A DNA stretch of 64,000 nt, from assembly GCF_009914755.1 (NCBI RefSeq), contig NC_060931.1; one strand, given 5' to 3'. Shown here in pieces: positions 30,520 through 47,479 of the stretch (within the stretch, counting starts at the first letter, position 1; every line of letters starts with the position of its first letter). Below the pieces are notes generated by a model. That model did not search any database and had not been told where the DNA came from. It saw nothing but the letters and a program-made list of their open reading frames with translations. The translations under genes were made by a program, and so were the position numbers. This DNA comes from the human T2T-CHM13v2.0 reference genome, Homo sapiens.

Positions 30520-31727
30520 CTGTGAAAATCCATCAGAAAGAGAAAGCAGGGAAACAAAAAAAAAAGAGGGTAAAGCAAAGGGGGTCATAAACAATATTTT
30601 ATTCAATGACTTTCTTGAATAAAAATATTGTGCATAGATCAAAGGTTCATTTATGTACAGCTGTAGTCTGAGGAAAAAAAAGACATATTTTGAAGACTGG
30701 ATAGTATGTCCTATCAATTATAACTAGATTACCCTCTCTGTACTGTGGTTATTTCAAGGGTCTGTTTTGCAAAGTGATTAATGCAGGTGTAATACCAATG
30801 ACGTCAGGCTATAAACATAAGCATTTACCAATCAAAGACTCACGAGTTATCCCCTCATTTATCAATTGAAGAACTAGCTCATGCAGAATTGCTGGTTGTG
30901 AAAAGACCATCATATCTATCTATCAAGTGAAAGTGGAAATATAAATGTACTATGTATAATGCACAGTGAACACCAGGCCTGATGCGGGCAAAAAAGAACT
31001 GACAGAGAAATGAAAGAAACTGTAGCTTACTTTAAGATCAGATGTAAAATATATACGTATATTTTTGGTATTCTTTTGTATTTTACTTCATCCTCACAGA
31101 AAAATTTAAGGTTGTTAGCAATAATCGGCAGTGTGCAAAGGATATGATGGTCATTTTACTTTACAAAATCTAGTCACCCAAAACAAAATAAACAATAACT
31201 TGAAGTATGCACTAGTATTAATTACTCTACATTCCAAATGAGGCTTAAAAAAATTAATCCATTTGCATTACTGAGACATTAATTTGGATTACGAAAAGAA
31301 AGTTAATTGCCAAACCAAAGCCAAAGACCAGTGCAATTTAATTTATTCAAAGTAGAAGAAGATGTGAAGCACAATATTATTCTGGCCAAATGCAAAATAA
31401 ATAAATAAATAACCAGAAACAAATAAAAGGAAAGAAAAGGAAAAGCTTTACTAGCACAGTGCCATGAGAGTAGAGACTATGTTGATAAGTAGCATGTGAA
31501 ACATTTTGCTCCAGCTAGCAGACCCTTAAAACGACAGCAACAGGACACAGCACTGCAATGATTCTATGAGCACATAGCAAGGCAGGGAAGGGTGGTGGGG
31601 ACTGCCAGTGAGACTGGAGTACCTGCTCATATTCTATCCATGTAGAATATTTCTTGTTCCTTGCATGTTTGGAATGGGTTAGAATCATTGCTGTAGATTT
31701 GGTAATAACACCTACTAAAATATTTCA

Positions 31728-31997
<270 letters not shown>

Positions 31998-32382
31998 TCA
32001 TGGGAAGGAAAAGACATATTACTTTGACAAGAAAATGCATTCAGCAAATACAGTACTTAATTTCAGTCTTGCCATCCAGAGTCATCTAGCTCTCTACATT
32101 GTAGGGAATCAGAAGAGACAAGTGGAAAATAAGTTCCTGAATGAACCCATAAATTAGCCAAGGAAGGAGTGTCATGGCCCCCTACTATGTTTCCAGAAAA
32201 TTATATTAAATTACTTTGAATTTTAACAAAAAATTGAAGAACATTAGGGGTATGTTTAAACAAGGTAAATACATAATACCATTTGGACACACTTCCTTAA
32301 CGTATTATATATAATGTTAAAGTGCTTTGTATAAAATGGACACTATTAAAATACAAATGGAAGAGTTACTATTATCATTACT

Positions 32383-32662
32383 TTTTTTTTTTTTTTTTTT
32401 TTTGGAGACAAGGTCTCACTCTATCCCCCAGGCTGGAGTGCAGTGGTTTCGATCATGGCTCATCACAGCCTAAATCCCCTGGGCTCAATCGATCCTCCCA
32501 CCTCAGCCCCCGAAGTAGCTGGGACCATAGGCACATGCCACCACGCCCAGCTAATGTTTGTATTTTAGTAGAGACAGGGTTTACACTATGTTGCCCAGGC
32601 AGTCTGCCTGCCTCAGACTCCCAAAGTGCTGGTGTTACAGGCATGAGCCTCCACGCCTGGCC
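32383..32662 (-). mobile_element. AluJ-like with internal deletion; TSD attatcattact
   Basis: TSD at 32371-32382 and 32663-32674. Confidence 0.93.
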
Positions 32663-35600
32663 ATTATCATTACTATTGAACAATGCATAAAGTCATCTAA
32701 AATATATTCTTTTGAGGGATTAAATACCCACTATTTTAAAACTCTAATCCTTGGGCAAGTTCTCTAGTACTAGTCTACTCATAGGCAAATTCAGATTCCT
32801 TTACTGCACTAACAGAAATTGTTTGCTAAGCTCATTAGTTTATACCCAATAGTAAAACTAAGTCATAGTATTTATTTCAAGTTTATTTACTGTGATTATT
32901 CCACATTATTTGGAAGATTGTTATTAGATGTAATAGGAAATGTGTCTTGAGTTTTGTAGTTAACAAGAGCCACGGCGCTACTCTAGTCTTACGGTAGATG
33001 TCCAAAGCAGAGGAGGGTTCCAGTGAAAATCTTAGGCCAAATTCAGAATGTTTTAGACACAAAAAATGTCAGACAAGCTGGCCATCAAAACTTGCCTTAA
33101 TGACTGCCCAAAATAAAAAGCTGTTAGGCAGGTAATCTTACTTATTTTGAAATTGCCAATTAATAAAATAAAATAATAAAACACATCAGAATTGTTAAAG
33201 GATTTCAGAATTTTATGCACTTTCCAATAACACAACTGCATATGTGTAATTCTCCTATTCTCATGCTAATACTCAAATGTAGGACATAACTTTTCCATAT
33301 CCACATGTGCTATGGAGCCACATGATCTTTGCTATGCTTTGAATATAGAAGAAAACTTGTGAACAGTGGGTTTACCTCTAAAATGCCCAATCTAACTACT
33401 TTCCAAAAGTAATACTTGTTTAATGTAACCCACTTGGTCACCTTCAGCATCCACTTTTAATAGCTAGCTCAAATTTTAGTAATGTGCAGGAAAAGGTGTG
33501 TATATCTATGCTTTTGAGTATTTCCAGGCATGTGTAGATCCTTTAATTAATTAATTAATTTTTAATAATTTCAACTTTTAGATTTAGGGATTTGTAGATC
33601 TTCTGAATCACTTAAGCCTCACGTAGCCCCAGTTTTGGGACTGGATATCCTAACATCATTATATATTTTTATGGACAATATAGAATAGGGAAAAACATAA
33701 AATTTCAAAATTTCATTCTTATGACTATAAATATTAAAATTTCACTCTATGAAAAGGAAAAAAAAAGCAAGGGTTTATTTGCTAAAATTTAATTATACAA
33801 TAAAGATAGCAAAATGAATGGATGCTTGTTACCTCCAATTCCCAAATCTTTCTCTATTATTAAGTAATTCATAGACTTTCCTTATGGGAAAAGGTCAGGG
33901 AAATAAAATGTTATGTAGACTTAATGAAAATTTCTATATTCATTTTATAGGTAACTTCCTTTAAGTGGAGGCAGAGATTAAAATTAAAATAAGCAGTGCA
34001 ATCACTCTGACAGCAAGATGACCTTTCATGATTCACTTGCCATTTACAAAATGTACAGCAGAATTACTGAGCACTGAAGATTGTCTCCCAGAAATTCTTC
34101 TCAAGGGAAATTAGGACATTTTTATTGCCCCATCAGCATTTATTGCTAAGAGAAACTTCTAATTAAAACCGATAACATTATATCATACAACTGCTAAAGT
34201 GTCACTGGATAAGCTTGGGTTACATCTAATATACCATAAATATAGTATGGAAACCCATGAGGAAGAAAAGAGAAGTTTTAAAACTAGCACATCTACTATG
34301 CGTTTTGTTGGCCTGTAAGTCTTTGATTGTTATTAATAGCTACAGTCCGTTCTATAGAAAAACATAGCTATACTTAATTTAATTATGTCCATCTCAAGCC
34401 AAGTTAATTTTTCAACATATAGTCAGATAAGATCTTTATCAACATTCCTAGTCAATGGTGCTGTCATATACAATGTTTGCTGTCTCTGTCCATATAAAAC
34501 TGATAGACCAAGACTGCTTTATTTCCTTCTAGAGATTAAAGTTTAATAAAGCAAGTGGCCACCAGATGAATAGTATAGCCCAGGCAGTGTTTTGTGACTG
34601 ACAGAAACATGGTTAACTGAGTTAAGTGGACTATAACACACTTTTCAACTCATTTATCTCCATAAAAGTAAATTATTCTCTAAAAAAAGAGAAAGCATCC
34701 TATTAAAATAATTTATTACATTTCAAAATATGGTACTTGGATCAAGACTTAAGAAGAGAGAAATCACCAGATGAAAATTTTGTATCTCATTCATGAAATC
34801 AAAACATATCATGTTTTTTCCTTCAACTTAGATGTAACATTTTGTTCTAAATTGCTCTTTGTGAATTTGTACAGTGATTCAGAAAAGTATTTCCAATGGA
34901 AATAGATTTAATCTGGCCCAAAGTTGGAGACTTGGAAAGCGAATGTGTGAGGAAACGCAAAGGTGGGAAAGTTGGGGCCTTGTCAGAGAACAGTGATATG
35001 TATGGTGATGGAAGTGGCAGAAATGACAGGACAGATACATTGGGTTAGAAATGTGTGAAGGGACTATCAGACTTGGAAGTTCAAATTAAACTTGATGATG
35101 AAAATGGAAGGAGACAAAAGTTTTGTCAACAAAGAGTGACATGAACTCGAGAAAAGAACATTCGCCTGCCCACACTGTGTATTATCACTGGGTGCATGCG
35201 GAAAAGAGGTTGAGCATAGAGGCCATTTGTGAGACACGTAAAACACCCCAAAAGTGTCCTTATAACTGTAGGAGAGCCAACTATCACATTGTAAGGGTCA
35301 AAAGAACCCAGTTTTTCTCAGAATTTGTTCATCTAAGCAACAAAGACACAGAATGCATTCTCATACGATGCCCTGATACTTTGTTTTATCATAAAATCAT
35401 CTCTCAAGAGACAGACCTTCAAGATTTCCTCTCTTTTTGCACCTTTTGACAAGTTAATCCAAAAATTGAAAGGTGGCAATAAGGAAGAGGGAGGAAAAAG
35501 AGTAACTTGTGTATACACATAAAGATTGTGCATGTATAAAGAAATGCCTAGAAATTAGAGATAGGAATCAGTTGACAGAAAAAAGTAAAATAATTAAAAC

Positions 35601-35949
35601 AGCCATTCTGGTGTTTTGCAATATGCTCTCCTCTTCTGTCTATTCTACATGCAATCCTAGGAATACTAAAGGAGATAAGTTCCTATGATAATAACATAGG
35701 CTCCCATTAAAGCTTATGTGTATGTTCTGGGGAGTTGGTTTGATTTTTATTAGGAGAGAAATAGTTGAGTTCACCACAGCCTACATATTAACTGTATATT
35801 AATATGTAGTTAAAGAGACTTCCGTACTTAAATATTGCAATGGAAGTTCTGTACACCACTATATGAATTTGAAAGGATGAGACAGATTGAAAATTTCTTC
35901 AGTTGGAAAATTCTTCCATTTCTCCAAATTGAAATTCTTCAATTCTGTG

Positions 35950-37330
35950 AATATTTGTAGAGTGCCAACTATGTGCCACTGTCATACAAGCTGATGATTC
36001 AGAAGTAAATAAAGCAGGGAACAATCCCTGCCCTCTTGGAACTTACTAGTGAGAGAACAGATGATAATCAGTAGAAATAAGTTTCTCTATATATGTTTCG
36101 TGTGTGTGCATGATGTTAAATTTCAATAAGGGTTATGGAGAATATGAAGTGGAAGAGGGAGATAGAGTGTGGTGAAACATTATACATTTTAAATAGGATC
36201 GTTGGAGAAGGCCTTTCTGAAGAGATGAAAAGTAAGTAAAGATGGGAAGATGAGGGAATGAGCATGTGACTGTTTGGGAAAAGTAATTCCAGGCAGAAGT
36301 AATTTCATATACAAAAGTTCTGAGGCAGATGGGTGCCAGTGTTTATGTTGTGTGGCAAAAAGGACAGCGTGGCTTAACCAGGGACTTTTCAGTGGAGAAT
36401 CTGGAAGATAAATTCACAGAGCTGACGGTCAGTAAGGTCAAATGATTTACGCCACTGATGGCCGTGCCAGACTTCGGGTGTCAGACTGAATGAGGTAGCA
36501 AATTTACTGGTGGGAGTTGAGTAGAGAAATGAAACAGTCTACTCAAGGGTTAAGATCCTTCTTGTGATTGTGTTGAGAACAGAAATAACGATAGACGATG
36601 GAGATACAGATGCAAGTAGTTATGTACTCTAATAGTGGGAGTTCTTTCTGACCACTTCTATTTTTCTCCGTGAAATGGAAAGCAAATTCATCACCTGAGC
36701 GAAAATGATGAGACAGTATTACAGGTTTGGAGAGTGAAGTGATCAAGAGTCATCTACGAGAGTCCTAAAATTACAGGATTATGGATACTGCCAGCTACCG
36801 CTAAGGCCCACTTGAGGTTAGAGGTCATGAATTTTAGGTGATATGTCAGCTAGTGAGCATTTTACTCCAGTCACTTTTAGCTGTATGGGTGCAGTGTGGT
36901 GTGGCTAATAATTTGAATTTAACCAGGACTGGTATTTTGCCAAATTGCTGTATGCCAAATTCAACTATGATGAAAGGAGTTGGTGGTGTGCACAAGACAG
37001 TGAAAGACCCAAGGAATTTCTGCTAAATAAAGAAGGGCACAAGGACACAAAGAGGGCAAGACAGCAAAAAGGGAGAAGGGATTGATGGATTTCATGTCTT
37101 GAGTCAAGGATTACTGCAGTTGGGCTACTAGCAGGAGAAGATGGAAAGCTAAAATGTGGTAACCTGAGAGTTGGATGAAAAATTCTCATGTAAAGACTAT
37201 GAAGGCATTGCAGACTTGACACTGTAAGAGCTGCAGAATATGATTTTGGAGTCAGTGACTAAGGTAGGGGGGTGACAAGATCATTAGAGGAGAGAAGGCC
37301 AAAAGTAACAGAGCCCAGGTATTAGAAACA
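35950..37330 (-). mobile_element. Long L2a-like remnant
   Basis: aatatttgtagagtgccaactatgtgcca...tccctgccctcttggaacttac...ggagaaggcctttctga; boundaries approximate. Confidence 0.65.
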
Positions 37331-38374
37331 TCATCTATGTCAATGCTACTTAAAGTGTTTTCCATGGACCTAGCCAATTTGCAAACTGTCTATTACAAGC
37401 CCGTGATAGCAAAATACAGAAATTGGGAGAAGTATTTAGAAAATTTTATAGCAATGTAACAGACTAATTTTATGTCTGTGAAATATAATAGTAAAAATTT
37501 TGAGCTTATGTTTTTTCTTTTAAAGTTTATTTTATTAAATAATTTTTATTTTTCTTTACACCAGTGTGGGTATGGCATCATTTGCAAAACAGTGAACTAT
37601 GTGAATGTAGGAGAGAGTGACAATGAGCCAGGAGTTGAAATCTTTATAGGAATGAGAGGGATGTGACTGTTAAGAAGGAGGAATAGCAGGTGGTGTGGTT
37701 TGGTGTCATGAGATTAAAAGATGGGAATTTCAGAAAGGAAAAAAAAAACAGAATGAGTAATGACGACACACTCATATCACCCTCAGTATTCTAAAGACTT
37801 CAGAGGAAGCAGTGAGCTCAGAGGAGAGTTAGAGCAAGAAAGTGAAGGAAGTGTTGAGCAAGTGTTGAAGAATGGAGAATTACCAAGAGATTACTAGGTT
37901 TTAGGCTGTCCAACTTTCCGAAGCCCAGCCAATGGGAGGAATCACAATATTATAGAACTGATACTCATGGAGGTAAATTATATCAACTAAACATGTTATA
38001 TCAGATACCACAATGATGAGATAAGCTTTATATTTTAGTTAGTTTTCAACTCAAATGTACCTAATGTAAACTAAACAACAACTAAAAGAGGAAGTCAGTG
38101 AAAGTGAACCCTACATATTATTATGGGTATTTGTCAACATTTCTCATGTAAAAATACAAAATATATATATTTATATCACATAGGTTTTCATTTCTAAATT
38201 TTATATTACTAGAGTTTTTCCATCTTTTCCATTTTAAAAATTAGTCTATAAGTTTAGTATGTTTTCATGTTGGGAACTTTTCTAGTGAAAATCACATGAA
38301 AATTCACTTGTGAAAATGCAGACTTAATATTAATCCATTGGAATACACAATACACATAAAATACAGTTAATTAC

Positions 38375-38436
38375 CTGTAATCTGTGCCATTGACAGGTGT
38401 CCATGTGTATGTCCTGTTTCCTTTGTCAATATATCT
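38375..38436 (-). CDS. CACNA2D1: CACNA2D1 exon ~21 (62 nt) RYIDKGNRTYTWTPVNGTDY(S)
   Basis: tag acceptor, gtaatt donor. Confidence 0.97.
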
Positions 38437-39028
38437 CTAGAAAGAAGTTTAACGTGGTTATTATCACTTTACATTTTGTATGAATATATACGAAAAGTAA
38501 AGCCGTAGAATTTACTTATAAATTTTGTAGTCATTTAATACTCATCTTTACAAAGGTATGATCTATTTTATTCTATATTTATTTATTTTCTGGGTGTGTC
38601 TAGCAAAATTTTTGACAGAAACAAATGTAAGTGAAAAATCTTTATAGTTTATGCCAAATTATTATCTTCAAAACATTGAAAACAGTATTTCCTGAAAAAC
38701 AAATTTTAATAATGAAACAGGACTATGAAGTATTTAGACAAGGCTCGGATATGTCCATACTAAAGTATGTTAAGAGTAATAGGCAACATCAGGACATTAA
38801 TGCAGTGTGTCTAGATCCAAATTTATGATTAGCATATGACTGTTTTTATGAAGCCACTATTATAGCATTATTATGGTATCATAAGAGGCTACTCAGTATC
38901 ACTGAAGGTTAGGACAACATCTAATAAACCCACCAGGGAAAGAAAATACAGAGCTAAGGAAGTTCATGCATGGCTCTATCTTTTATACATTCTGTCTTCC
39001 ATTAGGTATTGCGATGGCACATGTATAA

Positions 39029-39332
<304 letters not shown>

Positions 39333-42006
39333 GCTGGCACATGTATAATTTTTAATTTGCTTAGTTATTTTTGAGTTTCATCATTCTCACCAAAACAGTA
39401 ACATGTATTGAAGTATTTCTTGGTATCAGGCACTATGCTAAGCACCTGTCATTCTGTCACTTAGTCCAACCACTGGAGTATATACTTTTATATCCTGCAA
39501 TTTATTGATGAAGAAATAAGTGTTAAAGAAGAGGTAAGGTGCTTAAGTTGGCAAAATATATAATGCCAAATTCATGTTTGTGACAACTACACAATGAATG
39601 TGTGCGTGTTTGTGTGTGAGCATGTGTGGGGTGTATGTGTGGCAGATGGAGGGGGGAACAGGGTTGTGAAGAGGGCTTTGGACTAGCAATATTCTTAAAA
39701 GAATTAGAAGAAACAATGCTTATATATTTGTTACTACTCATAAAAAAACAGGGCAAGCAAGTGTTGGTCTGCAAGTTATAAATAAAATACAGTATCAGAA
39801 AACAGTATCAGAGCAGAGAAATAAAAATGTAAGTTTTTTCAATATCAGTAGCAGAAATTATAATCTTGTTCAGTCTTCAATTTGTAATAAAATAATCAAA
39901 CGGACAATTTTAAACATTATTACTAATTTTTTAGTCAAGAAATCTATTTTTCAACTGCTTTTGAAGTTTGAAAGTATTCTCAGATTAGCTTCTTAAAAAA
40001 GTCATTATTCAGTAAGTTTATCCTTACTAAATTCTACCATCTTTCAGTAAATTTTCTGCATGAAATAGTACAAATGAATTCTAGTTTTAGCCCAAGCATA
40101 TAGTTATAAACAAAGGACTGTTGATGGAGTATGCATAATAAATACAAACTATTTTCAGATTCCAACAAACCAGATTCACTTGGGCATAAATTAAGTTGAA
40201 AAGTTCTAATTCTATTTTAAACTTATTTCAGTAGTAATACTAAAATCCATAAAAATGCAGTATCATAAGGGTTAGCATATGTGCATTAAAAATTTGATTC
40301 ATATAATTTCTCATTTATTCTATACACTTACAATTTTTATAGAATAGTAAGACTCATGAAAGACATGACCATGAAAAAAATGTTTACAAATTAATTTCAG
40401 ACAGATTGTAGTGAAAAATATTCAATAAATCAGGTGTAAATAGAGGTTCTGTGGGAAACATTTCCTAGGTGAGGAATTTCAAATTACTTGCAACTCATTA
40501 TGCCAAACATTGTGAAATGTGCCAAACTGGAGATTCCTAGCTCATCAATATGGAACATGGTACAAGAAAGGTTCTATAATTCCTACAACAACCACAAAAA
40601 TGAACTTCAAAGTTAATAGCTAACCTAAGCCTGTGGAATTCAGCTACTTTGGCTAAACCAAATAACACTATAATGTGAAGGTTACTATCACATCTTAAAT
40701 ATCTCTGCCAAACCCCTTACATAGACCATATAGATAGAGCTTTTGAAAGATATCACCTTAAAATTAGAATAATACGTATGCACAGTGTTGTAATTGTCTA
40801 TAAAATAGTGAATAGTGATAAAAATTATAGTCATTCATAGAATAAATAACTTTTCTTGAAATACCAATATACATAGAAATCTGGAGTACAAGGCAATGTA
40901 GTAATTGAAAATTAGCAGTTATATCTATTTACAATAGTGTGTTCATCAGAGACATTTTAAAATTCTAAGACAGGAAAATATAGTCTTTAGGTGAATATTT
41001 GTCAAAAAAAGTAATTTGCAATAAATTGAAGGAAGAAAAATATCAATGGGAGTTAATAGAATATTACTTTGTAATCTGAGAAAAGAATGTGCAAAAGTCT
41101 AAGCAAATAGAGTTGAAGTTTCAACAAAGACTGAAAGGTAAATATACCTCCCTTTGCGTTCTGTAATAGGGACTCATTATGATATTAAAATGAGAAAGGC
41201 CATGTGCTAATGAAGGATCATAGTCAGATCCTAGCTCACCTTCCACCTAGGGAAGGATCTGATGAGGAATTTCAGAGGAATGTAATTCATCTAGAAATGA
41301 TGAGATTGTGAGGAAAAGGATATAGGTTATACATAAAAGCTTAAGTTAAAATTTCCAGGCTCAAAAGCTTCTGAGACTTACATTTTTCAAATACTCAAAT
41401 GTATAAATGTCTGTATGTACTCCACATCTGACTAATAGACATAATCCTCTGACTGATAATAGATATACTCCAATATGATAATAGACATAAACCAATTATT
41501 TGTGGGGGTAGTTGTGTTGTCACAGGATTTAATTTCAGATCTAAGTGCTGGGAAATTTTAAAGTGTGTAACTAGTAAAAGAAGATAAATCAAGCCAGAAA
41601 CAAGTAAACAAAAAGCTAAAAATAAAAATAATTAATATGTGGAACTCAATAATTAGAATAAAAAGGCAAATCATGTAAAACATATAGCTATTAAATATTA
41701 ACTTCAATTTTGTAACATTGGCATAGTGTAAAACAACATGGCAACATTATATTGTGTATTCTATTTCTCATAAAATATGTATGTAAAATATAATTTCAAG
41801 AATATACTGTTAATGTATAAGAAAACATCAAGAAACCTAAAGCAATAGTATTTTATAAAAAGAAAAAGAGGGTTAAAAATATATCTTAGTGAAAATATCC
41901 CTCCAGCTAAGAAGTGCTTTAAAAAGAAAAATTGTTTCCTAGAGATCTCCCTGTTTTATAAGTAAATAGTGGATTAATAGAAAAAAAGGACAAGTTACCA
42001 ATATCA

Positions 42007-42129
<123 letters not shown>

Positions 42130-42645
42130 CTAAGAGTAAATGAAACAACTACTTTATTCCAGAAACAAAGCTGACCTGCCAAAATATGACTATTAACATG
42201 GTAGTTTTTCAAGTTCTTTACCTTATTTAGAACAAATAAAATAAAAATAGGGGGTTAGTTTTACCAGTATCTGCAGTTGTTCTCAGGGAATTTTTTTAAG
42301 TTACCATATTATAGTCATTTTACATTATTTTAAAATAATAAAACACCCTTAATGAAATATTTTCAACCTGTTGGTAGTTTTTGAAACGTAATTAATAAAA
42401 TGTTCAATTATATTATGGCTAGCCACATTGGAGTGGAAAGTAGTCATTGAGACATAGAAATGTATATGTACAGAATTACATATAACACGGAATGCTTCAA
42501 ATTTCTGCCTTACACAATGAGTTTCATGTGAGAAAAATATTTTTAAGAGGACTCTTTACACTTTTTAGTTTGTAATTCTTATATCTGGGTACCAAAAAAA
42601 TCTAAATAAAGGACAGAGAAAACTATAAACACCTATTTGGATTTA

Positions 42646-43086
<441 letters not shown>

Positions 43087-43279
43087 TCAACCAGTGATTT
43101 ACATGTGGCTTCGGGAAGCTGCAAATGATAAGTAAACAAACTTGGTGTGATTAAAGGAATAATTTGAATTTGAAGAACACGAATGTTTGATGTATCTAAT
43201 TTAGTTCAAATATTTGGGTCTTAAAGGAAGGAGTAGATAACAGCTTCTAATGTAAGTTGAGTGTGCACTTATGAGGAGC

Positions 43280-43830
43280 TCAAAAATAATAAAGACTTTA
43301 CCATGAACCAGGCCTTTTGCTAAGTCCTTTCTATATATTATTTCATTCAATCACTATTACTGATTGATTTAGAAGAAACTGAGGCTTGCAGAATCTAAGA
43401 TCATTTTGGTCACTCACTGGAGTAAGAGTCCAGACACCAAGCTTGTCCCCATTACTTTATCCTACTTTATTATGTCAATTACTTTACAACAAATACTATT
43501 AATCACCTAAACACCCTAACACAAGGCCACCGTCTAGGGTAATTATAATAAATCATTAAATTCTATTGTTCTACAATTGAAATGCAGTGACAAGTTATAA
43601 AAGAAACATGATGGCATTTGCAAGGGAGTTAATCCATCTGGAAAAATCCTAAAAATCTGTAATCTAGAATGCAAGAGCCAAGTTCTGCTACTTATTAGCT
43701 GAAGAACTGTAGAGAAACTATTTGACCTCTCTGTACCTCAAATGTATCATCAGTACAACAGATATTATAATTTGAAATAAAAATACCTATTTCCAAGCCT
43801 CTTGAGAATCCATGACTAACATATATCATA
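43280..43830. mobile_element. Two MIR remnants in opposite orientation (about 43280-43460 -, 43660-43830 +)
   Basis: gaagaaactgaggctt; tttgacctctctgtacctcaaatgtatcatc. Confidence 0.5.
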
Positions 43831-44227
43831 TAATGTTATTTATTATATATTTCTAATATTTTTATTATTAATATAATACTCTCATTATTATGGAAGACTC
43901 TCTCAGAGGAGGAAATATGCAATTTTGCTTTTGAAATAAAATAGATTGCCAAGTAAAATGTATTAAGGCAAACATGACAGCTTCTACTCATGCTATTTCT
44001 TATGTGTTTGGGTGGTTGGATTCCTTCCAACTTTTTTTTCAACACTATAACAACATCCTCCATCTCTATGATTTTTACTGAAGTTTACAAGATACATTTG
44101 TATTAGAATAGTGAAAATATGTCTACCTTTAGGAAGAGAAAGAAGACTAAGGTCGAACCCAACTTAAACATTTATTCCTTTTCATATGATCTTTTGGATA
44201 GGAAAACCTAGGATCTAGAAAATTTTA

Positions 44228-44440
<213 letters not shown>

Positions 44441-47168
44441 CTACACAGAAAACAATAATAATTAGGTACATGTAACATTATACAATGATGCTGTGTATAA
44501 AACAATTTAACGGGTATTTATGAAATTGTGCAAAAATTACCTAGGATACAATAATTGTATAAAGGTATCTTCTTTCATATATATTTTATATATATATATA
44601 GCTTATATATAAAAGCTAGAGATTGAGCTTTAAGTGCAGGAAATCTTAATAAGCAAGTGAAGACAGTGTCATTTTGAGTGCTGTATTTGATACTGCATTT
44701 ATATTCACAAGCTCTTTGGGCACATCACTTTTGAAGAACCATTCACAACTTTCTTTTCATTAATTAGCATGGGAAAGGGGCAAAATATAGCCATTTGGAT
44801 GACTTATTTGGTAATAAAACAATGGCAACATGTAAGCATACTTTTAAAATTTGTAAAAAAAAAAAAAAGTGTATGAGAAAATGTTTTAAAATTATGTCTA
44901 CACTTGCCAAGTAAAACATTCTATTGGACCTGTTCTTCCTTCTGAAAGTATATAAAGAAAAGGTGCAAGTTTGCTTCATATATTTCAATCTAAGAAATTT
45001 TATATTTTAATAATTCAAATGACATCAGAATGTATAAGATAAATTTTGTGGTTGTCATAAAGATTTTAAGATTAGCTATTATAATTAAAGTCTTACTAGG
45101 ATAATAACCCCTGGGTTCAATGAATACTATTTCCTATTGCTTCTTCTTGCTGGTGTATAATAATAAAGAAAGAACACTGGGGAATAAGATAGATTCTTAT
45201 TTATTCATATCATTATATAAAATGATACTGTTAGTCTGGCAAATTTACCTCATATGATATTATTTTAATGTCTCAATTGCAAAATGAAGATTCATTGAAC
45301 TATTTGATAAACAAAATACAGTCAATTCCTCTATAACTTCCTAAGTAATGTAACATGTCATACTAAAATTTCAAAGCTTACTAGACCAATAAAATCGTAA
45401 TAGGTATATGTAATTTCATAATTGCAAAATTTTAGAAACTGAATTTTTAATTTTTATTAAAATATTACCTAAATCTGATAACTAGATTCCAGTAACAAAC
45501 GCAAACTATGCTGGATTAGTGCAAAGGTCACTCAAACTTTAATAATATAAGCCTCACAGACTCTTTCAAAAGATGTTCAAATTATCACCATTTTAAGCAC
45601 TGTTTTAGGAAGAAACTTCCCAAGGCAGTTGCAATAAGTAAAAATGTACTAAAATTAAGCATATCTTATCAAGATGTTGAATGACATAGTATACACGGCA
45701 TGTATTTACTGACAAAAATGCCTTCCTTCAAAGAGTAATTCCACCTAAAGATGAAAATTTTTGATTCCTATGGTTTTTGATAAATGAACATTCTTAAAGG
45801 CAAATTTTAAAAAATAGCCATGTCTGGCACTTTAATTGAAAAAAATATTCACTGCTTAAGTACTCTATCACTACAATCAGAAGATTCTAGAATACTGAAA
45901 ATAAGTATTAAATTTTTCAAAGGTGAAAATGCTGACCAGTATTGGTAAGATACTGATGACATCTTACTGCGTGAAAAGGAAATACTCATTTGAAATGCAG
46001 CGTATTTTAAAAGAATAAAATAAAAGCCAATGTTGAAAATTCTTCTAATTTCTTTGTTTAAAAAATGAAACCTAGAAAACCCCTAACAAAAGGATACTCT
46101 AAAGTTTACAACATTATTCAGAATTGCTCATTTAATGTCCCATGAAATAAACTGTCCTCACACAAACACCATCATATCAGCATTAAAATTTTAACAAACT
46201 CACTGCAAAGCAAAGTCAAAATAATGAAAATAATAAAAAGTAAACAGAAATAAGAGTATTTATCTTACATGCAATGGATAATGCATAGCATGACCAGACC
46301 CAAACAGCATGCATGGAGGAGGCATTATCAGGAAGAATTGGCAATATGAAGATCATGTCCCAATCCAGCATACAAAGACACAGAGAAGAAAATGAAATCA
46401 TAAAAGAAAAATCTCAATGCATAAGTTGTACTTTTAATATAGCAATCTAGCTGACCATTTTTTAAAAGATTCACCACGGGCATGGTGACTACAAAATTCA
46501 AAAGCATAATCTTTCAATAAGAAAGCACCAAGAGAGGCTGAAGAACTGGAATATAGTCTCTGCACACCCATTGTTTTTGTCTGATATTAAAATACCTAGT
46601 ATTTCTCATTTGCAAAATTTGGTTATCAATGGAAATAAATACCACACCATTTGTGGAAACGAAAGAATGAAATGTTAACAAATTTTAAATTGAAATAATT
46701 ACTAGATAGTATTACAAATGCTACTTAGTTCAAAAATAGCCTTCAAATTGAGGAGTCTTGTGTGGTTGCTAGTTTGCCATTTAGAGTTTTCTTAGAATGA
46801 AAACAAAAATAAAACAGACCATTTTCAGGTTGTTTATTTTTTAATTATATTGTTAAGAGTTACATGCAATATTTGAGGCTGCTGCAAAAACAAAAATTCA
46901 CTAAAATGCACATGACTGCAAAAGTATAAGATAATACATAAAAAGAAACATGCAAGGACAGTAACAAAACAATTTACTATATCAAGAAAGGCATAAACAT
47001 AATTTTAAACTTTATAGGAATTATAAAAGATATGAAGACTTTCATATGCAACAATAGGAAATTCAGTTTGTTCTAAAATTCTAGCACTGGAAGAGAGCTA
47101 AAGTTTCTCAACTAGGGCAGTGGCTCTGCACTTTAGACCTCCATGGGGAGCTTTAAAAACTATTTAGA

Positions 47169-47479
<311 letters not shown>

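Noticed and set aside
30733-30761. Possible 29-nt cassette exon (cag...GG|gtaatc) between exons 22 and 23
   Set aside because: No pyrimidine tract, not frame-preserving, immediate stop codon; unsupported without junction data
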